Shown piece by piece: positions 22,024-31,351 of a DNA stretch of 31,351 nt. The first letter of the stretch is position 1. Every line of letters begins with the position of its first letter. The notes beneath the pieces were generated by a model that was given only the letters and a program-made list of their open reading frames with translations, made no database searches and was not told the DNA's origin. The DNA comes from Toensbergia leucococca (taxonomy: Eukaryota), in contig JALDZS010000037.1 of NCBI GenBank assembly GCA_022813965.1, positions 124,001 to 155,351 on the forward strand, given 5' to 3'. Made by a program: the position numbers and the translations under genes.

Positions 22024-22883
22024 TCTCCCGAAGTGAGTTTCACCGAAGCGCCATGAATCGAGAAGGATATGACGGCGGTTGCCGTTTCGAGAGGTCACAG
22101 CTCACGATGCCAGGTACATTCCCATAATCAAATATGTTGTCTCAAAGGAAGTGAAGGGTTCTTTGTCTGAGGTATCGTATACAGAGTCTTACGTGAGGAT
22201 AGGCTGACGTCGCACTGGTGCTTCAAAATGAGAAGAAATGTGAGACTCGAAACACGTTGACAATGGCAAAGAGTCGATGTTGTGAGAGCGGTCAGGCACA
22301 CTTATGGTGAATAGGTAGGATAAGGTATTCAATAACGAATGAATCAAAAAAAGGCCATGAAGGTGGTCTCATCGCCAGGTGCTACGTAGTTGTAGCCGCT
22401 AGACTGAATTGGGCACTGACTTGCATCTTTAGCCGACTGGCTACTCCGTAGAATAAGGTACCCTCGTACGTCCGTACCTCGGTAGGTAGGTAGATTAATC
22501 CCTGACTGTCAAGCTGTGGCACCCGTGGCACCATCTGCGCCCGCGTGGCTGGAGCTCTCAGATGGTCCAAGTCTTGTTTTGCTCAACTATCCGTATTCCA
22601 TGAGGACGAAGAAGAATTCAATTTCATTCCTACAGCCTTTATCCATCTCGCTGCCATGTCAAGAGCCTCTCAGCTATTTCCACGTCCTGCGAGGCACCTT
22701 CTGGCTCATTGCGCGTATACTTCTCCCTTTTAACCAATAATGTCCACTCTCTTGCCTACAGTGACGTGGAAGACCCACTTTAAGCTTGCTGCCCTTCAGC
22801 AACCATTCAATCACTAGCTCAGAGAGGATAGCAGCTCCCTGCGCAACTCCTGATGTGCGTCGCATAGTCCAAGTCTCCATCCA

Positions 22884-22947
22884 GTACGAGTAGTCTTATC
22901 TCCATTACTGCATTAACTGCTGTTTGCTCATGCTAACGTATCATAAG
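22884..22947 (+). other. Probable 5'-UTR intron of the PhoD-like gene
   Basis: GTACGA donor at 22884, GCTAAC branch site at 22932, AAG acceptor at 22947 (alternative CAG at 22954) just before ATG 22956. Confidence 0.5.
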
Positions 22948-22955
22948 ACCGCAGC

Positions 22956-25900
22956 ATGGACACCTCAGCACAATATACTTCTACGCCAATAGACCAGCAG
23001 CGGCGACCTTTGAGAGTTGACCCGCATTATCTATTACCCTCCTCCATGCCTGCCCCCCAGACTTTGGGAGCATCGCCCTTTCCCGATGAATCTGCCCATA
23101 CCCAAGACAATGGCATGGCAAGAACAACCTCAAGAAGGCGAAGAGTGAGCGGGAACGGCCAATTTGAGAGTACTGTGCAACCTCCAGCTCCTGATGTGCC
23201 CAGGGCTCCACCTCTCTCATATCGAGACCCCTATGGCAACGGAGATATCCCCAGCCCAAGAAGCAACAATCCAACCTCGTTTGCTGCACGAGCCCGTGCG
23301 ATCCCAGACAATGTGAATTTCAATCCAGACTTTGCCCATGACATCAACATTGAATCACCCGTCCAACCCACGAGGCACACTCATCGTGCAGGTAATCCCC
23401 AATCTTCCAGAGCCAAAAAGCTTCAGGTCGAGACCCCAGTAAGAGAGTCCTTCCCAGCTTCTGAAACTGGTCCTGCCTCGCAAAAGCCGTCCAATACAGC
23501 GACACAAAAGCAGTATAGGCCTGTAGAACAGTCCTCGTTGCAGCAAAAAATCCAAAGCCCCACTTCTGGACCGTACAGCGATGCTGAGTCACCGGCTCAG
23601 TCAAAAACAAGGCGAGGAGCCTCGAATGCTGTAGATTCGCGGAAGGAATGGGCGGCAGACCGCTCTCCACTACAGAAACTAGAAGTCAAACTCAGCGATA
23701 TTAGCAAGGAAGAAAAAAGGGCTCGTGTCGAAAAGGCTGAACAGAGCTTGAGAGAATCAAAATCCGGCAGAAGGCGTCATATGGCAGACGACGAAGCCGA
23801 AAGTGCTGCTAGTGGAACAGCAACCAAAGGACTGTTTGAAGACGCTGGGAGTGGGAAGAGGAGGGACTTTCGAGACGACCATCGCCAAGCACAAGGACTG
23901 ATACCAGATCGTGCCACGGAGCGTGACGCGCAGAGTCCACGAACGGCTCGGGTTGCAATTGAGGATAGGAACGTAATGAAGTCCAAGAGGAATATTGATG
24001 CTTCTCAGTCTACTTCCCGTGAACAAAGAACGGTCGTACAACAGCCCAGACAACGTAACCAACCTTCGTCTCGAGATCGAACTGATCAGAGCTTCACAAG
24101 AACGACTGATATGCATAACACAAATCTGCAGCCAGAACGAGGCGTGAGGTTCCAGAGCCAGGAGCCTACGAGCATTTCAAACGCTGAACCCGTTGGTCCG
24201 GTTGATTTTGACCCCGATAGTAACCGTCGCCGCGCTCAACGAACCAAGGGGGAACAGGCAGTAGATTCACCCCGAAGCAGTACAGTCCATGCTGTTCAGC
24301 AAGAAAGAGTTCGCAAGGGAGAATCAGAAACATTTGATAATTCGCCGAGACAGGTACCACAACAACAACAAGATCTTTATACTCACAGAGCTCAGCGTTC
24401 GGAGGCAGATGACTCCGCAGCCACATATGGTGGGGCACCGGATCCGGTTCCTGGTCACGCAGTGCGCAGTTCGAATCGTGCTCTTGAGTATGAAATACCG
24501 CCTCAGACCGCCTCAGGAATAAACGCGAGGCAAAAGGTTGGGTTTGGTAGTGATTCGGTCGAGCTTGCAGAGGCTCCAGCTCATCATAAGCACCATTTAT
24601 CTAACGTCTTACACCACGGCCATACTACTGGATCCACGCCCGTGAACTCTATTGACAAAGAGCCAAGACATCTCGATGAGTGGAGGCATGCTGGGACTGC
24701 CCGACTGACAGCCGCAGATCTTGCAATTGCGAGTAAGGATACGCCTGATAATAAGGCATGGTGGGAGGGTGGGAGATCTGGGACTCGAGATGAACCTGGC
24801 AAGATTAATAGTGGCCAGAGAAGAGGATCACAATCCCTCGATGGAGGATTTGAAAGAGGCTACGGTATGTTAAAAATTCCTTCACTAGACCAAAAGAAGC
24901 AAGGGCAAGATTTAATTAAAGCGTTGCGGAATGCCCCTGAGCCAATTCATTCAAGGCAGTACTTAGATTATGATACGACCTCAAGAGTCAAGCGGAGGAA
25001 TCGGTTTTGGGTTTTGGGACGTTTATCTTTTCTAAACCTCGGTCGCCGTGAGGATCCAAAGACCAGTCTTACTTCTCAATTTGCTTATTCCTGTCCTCAG
25101 CTGGCCCAACATGATATCTCTCACATTAATCATATTTGCAAGCCATACGTGAGCAAAGAGCTAATCAAAAGCATGCGGTCTATCCGCGTACGTGTAGCAG
25201 CACCAACGACATCTTTCAATCCACCCCTTTATTTGAAGTGTGGCCCGTTACTACGCTATACAGGCCTGAGAAGGGATAGAGTCGAGGGTTCGCAAAGGCG
25301 GGAAGACTCGTCGATCATTGCCCCTGAGACATGGCGCGGCAGTGTGATGATTGTCACCGTGGACGCCGACTCTTCATATACCCCTGCACCGACTCTCCAA
25401 TTATTCCCGGAACCGATGGATCTCGTGTCTCTACCGCCGCAGCAAGTCAGTGGAGACAGTGGCGAAAACATGACCTCGGAATTTATAGATCCAATCGCTG
25501 GACTCCCGAAACTCTCCAGATCCGGAGGCACTGTATATGTGAAGCCAGTGGAGGATCTTGATCATGGAGTCGATCTGTCCCGTGTCGAAGACGACGAGGG
25601 CTTGTTCGAAGAGACTCGTACAGCTGCAGTGCCGACCTCTTACGGCACGCCGAAACTTTCTATGCCGCCATTACAGGGCAGGAAAAACGCCTCGCGTCGA
25701 AACGGAGCTTCGTCTAGCAACGTTCAAGAACTTAGAGGCGTTAGATTACATGCAGAACGCGGTGTCACTTTTTGGCGCTTCAACTTGGAGATCGAGCTTG
25801 GCGAGCGACAAGTGCGGATTGGCTATCGTATCAACAATTCCGCGTCGGTAGGATTCTGGATACCCGCAAGAGGGGAGACAATGAACATGATGTTCCATAG

Positions 25901-28900
25901 CTGCAATGGCTTCAGTATGAGTGTCAAGTAAGCGCCGGTTCACCCACAGTTAGGATCGCTTACTGACTTGAAGTAGTCCATCCACTTTCTCCGGACCGGA
26001 TCCTTTATGGCGTGATGTGCTCAACAATCATCAAATGCGCCCTTTTCATGTTATGATTGGAGGTGGTGACCAAATATACAATGATGCTGTTATGAGACAG
26101 ACGACACTCTTCCGAGATTGGCTGGGTATCAAGAATCCTCACCACAAACATGACGCTGAGTTTTCTCCACAAATGCAAGAGGAGTTGGAAACCTTTTACC
26201 TTGAAAGATACTCCATGTGGTTCTCTCAAGGTCTTTTTGGCATGGCGAATTCCCAGATTCCCATGGTAAATATATGGGATGACCATGGTAAGCCAGCTAT
26301 GCTCTCCAAAACCAGCGCTCCATGATCACTCTTCGTTCTTTGCTGAGTCGTTGATAAACATGTTTCCTCAAAGCTTCATCAAACACAGCTGCTGCGGGAA
26401 AAGCTAATAAGTTATAGACATTATTGACGGTTTCGGATCATACCCGCATCATTTCATGAGCACGCCAGTATTTAGTGGTCTCGGCGCAGTAGCCTTCAAG
26501 TATTACATGCTGTTTCAACATCAGAGTGTTGTGGATGAAGGTCAAGCCGATGAACCAAGTTGGTTGCTAGGTGCAGACAGAGGCCCTTATATCAACGAAC
26601 TCAGCCGAAGCGTCTTCATATCACTTGGAAAGCACGTAGCGTTTCTTGGTCTTGATTGCCGAACAGAGCGCATGGTATGTCGCTCAGAGTTGCCTTAGAT
26701 AACCGGTTACTGATTGTTAGTAGAGACAAGAGATCATGAGTAAGGAATCGTATCATCTTGTTTTTGATAGATGTCGAAGAGAGATCATCGAGGGTGAAAC
26801 AAAACATCTTATCGTACTTCTTGGAGTGCCCATAGCTTATCCTAGACTGGTCTGGCTTGAGAATCTCCTAACGAGCAGGCTCATGGATCCAGTCAAAGCC
26901 CTTGGTCGGACAGGAATGCTTGGTGGCTTTTTGAATCAATTTGACGGGGGTGTAGAAATCTTGGATGATCTTGATGATCACTGGACTGCAAAGAACCACA
27001 AAGACGAGAGACATTGGTTTGTCCAGGAGCTTCAGGAGCTCGCTGCTGAGAAATCGGTCCGAGTGACAATACTTGGGTCAGACTTGGTACACATGTGAAG
27101 ACTTTGTACCTTTGCTAATCATGACTACAGGGGCGACGTTCATCTAGCGGCGGTAGGACAATTTTACTCCAATCCTAAATTGAAGATTCCCAAGGACCGA
27201 GATCATCGGTATATGGTCAATGTTATTTCGTCAGCTATCGTCAATACGCCGCCACCGGAAGTGATGGGAGACATCCTGAACAAGCGGAACAAGACCCACC
27301 ATCTAGACGATGAAGTATGTACCATACTTTGAAGCCGTTGCGACTGATTACTGATCTCGATTCAGACCGACGAGAACATGATTCCCTTATTCACCCATGA
27401 TGTTGACGGTAAACCAAGAAACAACAAGCGCCTGCTTCCACGCCGAAACTGGTGCTCAATTCGCGAGTACTGTCCTGGTTAGTCCATGACTTCCACTTAA
27501 AGAGGACTTCCACTTCAAGAGCATTAGAGCTAGACGATGCTAATTCTGGCTTCAGGCTCAACTCCCCCACCAACACCTCCATTGTCAGAACCGCGAACTC
27601 CGACAAATGAATACGATCGGCCACCCAATCGCATTCAGCGAACCCTCTCTTTGACCAGGAATGACATAAAGCCCGGAAACCTTCTCCGTCGTCTTTCCTC
27701 ACGCGGTCCGCCCCCTTCCAACGATCATTTACCTGCCAACGGTTATCCCCCCTCAAATGCGGATGCCACTGTATCGCCCCGTCTTCGTAAATCCGAAGAC
27801 GATTACTTCTCTCTTGGACCAGAGAGAGCAAGTACAATGCCCAACTTCAACGACAGGGGTTCGGTGGCTAATGAAGCTGCTGATCCCCCTCGCCGTTGGA
27901 GGTTTCCACATCGGAGCACCGCCGAAAAGTCTGAATTGAGCGGACAAGGCCTGAAGAATAACACTGTTGACAGCAATCTCAATGACAATAACATGGCCGA
28001 TAGTGGCAATAAGTATCAAGGGAACCTCAATCTCGAGAGGGGATTAGATATCGTACTAAATTGCGAGATTAGTCAGAAAGATCCAGGAGGTAATACGGCA
28101 CCATACAGATTGTTGATACCTGCGCTTTGGTATGAGGGTGAAGGGGACCTGAACACAGTGGGGATCAGGAAACCGAGCCTTCTCAAGAGGTTAGGGACTC
28201 TAACAGGAGTTAGACGTGCTCGAGGTGGATTGAATGGAAGACAAGACAAGAGGGGGAGCTACAGCGGGTCAGAAAGTTTCAGTGAAAGTGACAGGGGCGA
28301 GGATGAAGACGGGAATGTCACGCGAGGTAACGTAGGCATGCATCGCAATGTTGATAGGACTGTTGGAATGACACGTATTTCGGCTTCGGGTGGAAGAGCA
28401 TGGGACGGGTTTGAGAAAGACAATAACGACAAATTTGATCGGCCAGATGAAGATACTGATGGGAGAATCAATAAAGGTCCTGGGAATAAGGAAGTCAGAT
28501 TAGGGTCTCAACGTGCCCCAATTGCGGGGCGAAAGCCCAAGGAACAGCTGGACAAAGATGATCATGCTAAAATTGAGCAGCGGGTGGATGAAAGCCGAAG
28601 TAGTGGAAAAATAAACGATAGGAGCATCGAGGTCAACAGAACGGTGGTGCCTCGTCATGCTTCTGTTGCAGGCGGACCAATAGGTTCAAGATATGAGGGA
28701 AATCAAAATGGCAAGTCCGAGGGAAACAACAGCGGCAGATTTAATAGTCAGCAACCAAACGATGGACAGGCCAACGGAAGTGACTATATTGGTTCTAAAT
28801 ATACCCATAGGACCTTGCAGAAACGTCGTGCCTCTGTCAGCGGTGGCCGGCCTTCGGGAGGCTTCGAAGGCAACGGTCATGGGGAATCAGACCAGCGAGT

Positions 28901-29237
28901 GGAAGAGAGACCGACCAACGACAAGGGCAACAACAGCCCCCGCGGGTTCTTCAACAGAATCATGGGACCAAGGAGGACTTCTCTTACCGGGGGCCGAGCG
29001 GAGAGGAGGTTTGAGGATGAGGGCGTGAGGGAGAGGTTTCAGCGAGATGGGCCCAGGACACAAGGACAAGGGGGAGATGGGCCGGAATTTGAGGACGAGG
29101 GTGAGGATGAGAGGAGTTGGGATGGCGATGAGGAGAGTGAGAGGATGGGTGGAGAGAAAGGTGGGGATCGGCCGAGGGGGTATGATGGGGTGGAGGCTTA
29201 TAGGGAGAGGGAAAAGGGGTGGAGAAGGTTTTTCTAA
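22956..29237 (+). CDS. Large PhoD-like metallophosphatase-domain protein with long disordered N- and C-terminal arms and no signal peptide. Exons 22956..25927 (contains optional intron 24865..25197), 25977..26287, 26418..26674, 26724..27076, 27131..27314, 27366..27477, 27556..29237
   Basis: Metal-ligand motifs FHSCNGF, GGGDQIYND, WDDH/DIIDGFGSYP, GLDCRTER, LG/GDVHLAAVG. Introns 25928..25976, 26288..26417, 26675..26723, 27077..27130, 27315..27365 and 27478..27555 are all GT-AG and frame-consistent. Confidence 0.85.
27488..27521 (+). repeat. 17-bp tandem duplication inside an intron
   Basis: gacttccacttaaagag followed by gacttccacttcaagag (1 mismatch). Confidence 0.85.
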
Positions 29238-29612
29238 GGGGGTGCTGGGAAGGGAGAAGCTTTCCTTTGAGGGGTGTGTTAATAGTGAGAGATTGAGGGA
29301 ATGGGGAAAGGGGGTGAGGTGGTTGTACTAATTGGGTGAGTGGACCCGTTCGGTCTTGGTGGGAGATGGATGGATACCCCCCTTTTACCCCTAGGATAGG
29401 TGGGTAGGTACATTGGCCGCCGTTTTGTATGGTATTGGTAACGTCAAGAATGCTATTCTTATTCCTCGAATGCGAGAAGAGTGGGCGTGATTGTGGTTTT
29501 GTTGAATGTAAATTGCAGATGTGCACATCATGACACTTGTATGCCTAGATCCAATCGAGTAGAGTAAAGTCCTATAGAGGAAAACGCATCATCATCTAAC
29601 CCCCCTCACTCT

Positions 29613-31093
29613 TTACACCCCAACTCCTCGCTCCACCTTCTCCCACTCCTCACTTCCACCGCCTTCAAACTCTCCCGCGTCCCGCTCCCTCATCCCCAAC
29701 ATCCACCCCATCACCCCATCGGGAATCCACTTCCCCAACAAAGCATACGCATAGCTCCCCCTCCCCACATAAACCGTGCCCCCCCTCCCTCCCACCACAG
29801 CATCAAAAACGGCATTCTGAACCTCCCGCATCGAACTACCCTTCACTCCTCCTCCTCCCCCCTCCCTCGCCTCCCGCGCGTTCCGCATCACCTGCAACTG
29901 ATGCCGTCCTCCGGGCGCAGAGCCATAGTCCAAAGCACCGAGCTGGAGCTGCACGACATTGACGCCGTGTAGCGGGGTGGAGATTTCTTGGCGCAGGGTA
30001 CGGATGTAGGCGTCTGTAGCGCCGGCGAGGACGGATTCGGGGCCGTGGTTTGCGGGGCAGAGGGAGGGGAGGATGGAGGGGGTTAGGAAGAGGAGGGAGG
30101 AGTTTTGGGTGGTTAGGAGGGGGAGGAAGGCGTGGAGGGTTGTTAGTGGGGCGAGGAGGTGGGCTGTGAGGGTTTCGTGCCAGGCTTTCGCGGAGAGATG
30201 TTTCAGGGGTCCTGTTGGGTGAGTGTGTGGGGGTGGAGATAGGAGGATTAGGGAGGCGAGATGGAGGGTATGCGAGGTGGTTGAAGAGTGGGTGCGGTGG
30301 GGGGTTGTGAGGTAGGTGGTTAGTTTGGAGAGGGTTGTTGCTGTTGAGGTGGGCTATTGTTAGGGGAGGGGTGGGGGGTTAGCTGGGCGGGTTTGAGGAG
30401 TGGAATTTATGGAATGTTTTGAGTAGGAGTTTTAATTTTTGTGGATTTGAAGATGGAGTGGAAAAGTGCCTAGGATTGCAATGACTTACGGATGCGATGT
30501 CTAGCTGCAATGGCCGAATGTCGGCGCGAGATTCCGATCGAACGAGCTGTTCTTCCGAAAGTGTGGAGATGGGAATGTAAATTATGAAGCCTCTTCGTTC
30601 AAGATCCAGCGACAGAGATCGAGTGAGAGGTGAGTGCGGCGAGCCAGCAAGGACAATAACCTCCGACCGGGATCCATTTTCTGCTCGTCGGGCACGCCTT
30701 TTCTTATGGTAGGACCTTTGTCGCCGCCATAGAATGAAAGTCCCTGTCCCGACGAAGGCTAATACCGCCGCAGTCACCGCCCGGTGCCTAGATATCCAAT
30801 CTTGAGCGTGCTCAAGGTAGCCGAGGGGCACTTGTGGGATATATCGAGGAGGGGGTGGAGGCGCTTGTTTGATGGATTCCGGAAGCCAGGGCGAGGTCTG
30901 GATTGCGCCACGGAGCGAGGCAGCTATGTGTTCGATGTGTCGTTCTATGGCTTCGGCAATCTCGTCCGAGTATCTCTTTACGTCGTTTGGGATCGCGGAC
31001 AGCTACGTGAGGTGGTCAGAGGATTTGTGACTTTGTACGAGGAATGGGGAACATGTATACTATGTCTAGGAAGTATTGGTCGTCGCTAGACAT
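29613..31093 (-). CDS. DUF1776-type fungal protein with a degenerate SDR/Rossmann-like fold and N-terminal membrane anchor. Exons 31093..31061, 31002..30490, 30353..29613
   Basis: Spliced MSSDDQYFLDI/LSAIPNDVKRYS...; hydrophobic AVTAAVLAFVGTGTFILW followed by basic KKRRARRA; EVIVLAGSPHSPLTRSLSLDLERRGFIIY; LLFLTPSI; YVGRGS. Introns 31003..31060 (GTATAC...TAG) and 30354..30489 (GTAAGT...GCTAAC...TAG). Family call from recall. Confidence 0.8.
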
Positions 31094-31208
31094 GGTTCCG
31101 GCGCTGTTGAGGTTGGCGTTCATGGAAACTGACTTCGATGGCACTGTTGAAGAGGCTTGGAGGTGGGATGCGGGGCGGGAGGCGGCGGGATGATTACATG
31201 GATAACGA

Positions 31209-31218
31209 CACGTGACGT
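31209..31218. promoter_or_regulatory. Candidate overlapping E-box (GTCACGTG on - strand) and CRE-like TGACGT about 115 bp upstream of the DUF1776 gene
   Basis: Sequence cacgtgacgt; match to the bHLH (Cbf1-type) and bZIP consensus only, with no functional support. Confidence 0.3.
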
Positions 31219-31351
31219 GTAGATATTATGTACTCGTACGAGGTCAATTTTTAAAGTATTGCAAATGGCCAACGTAGGAACTGCGGCTTGGCATAGAACA
31301 GGTCAGTTATCGTGATTTTCACCTATTCTACAAGTATGAACATCAATTCAA

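Noticed and set aside
22024..22098. GTG-started in-frame extension of KEX2 in the ORF track
   Set aside because: A good signal peptide begins at ATG 22023 and the extension has no targeting character.
26288..26417. Longer intron checked for a box C/D snoRNA (ATGATCA...CTGA)
   Set aside because: Box C is imperfect, the boxes are only ~25 nt apart, and there is no terminal stem.
1..31351. Transposons, rRNA/tRNA genes, CRISPR arrays, secondary-metabolite cluster
   Set aside because: No transposase/RT motifs, terminal repeats, cloverleafs, repeat-spacer arrays or backbone synthases seen by eye; small ncRNAs cannot be excluded without Infernal/tRNAscan.

Overview
Eukaryotic DNA from a filamentous ascomycete (Pezizomycotina), judged from short GT-AG introns with CTAAC/CTGAC-type branch sites and fungal housekeeping genes. 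Gene order: 5'-truncated Fun30/SMARCAD1-type SNF2 remodeller (+); GH38 vacuolar alpha-mannosidase AMS1 (+); thioredoxin reductase TRR1 (-, six exons including a 7-nt micro-exon); disrupted FtsJ/RrmJ-like methyltransferase pseudogene in an AT-richer block (+); single-exon disordered hypothetical protein (-); TVP38 (+); SNX4/ATG24 (+); possible small spliced orphan gene in low-complexity DNA (-); kexin KEX2 (-); large cytosolic PhoD-like metallophosphatase (+); DUF1776/SDR-like protein (-). I recognised no RNA genes, CRISPR arrays or intact mobile elements. The best leads are post-transcriptional: (1) an AUG-less, CUG-initiated in-frame N-terminal extension of TRR1 resembling a mitochondrial presequence; (2) a 333-nt stop-free, in-frame intron-like segment (exitron candidate) encoding a Cys/His motif in the PhoD gene; (3) a recurrent C-rich to G-rich switch on the sense strand at gene 3' ends. 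All gene models were spliced by eye and no database searches were run.
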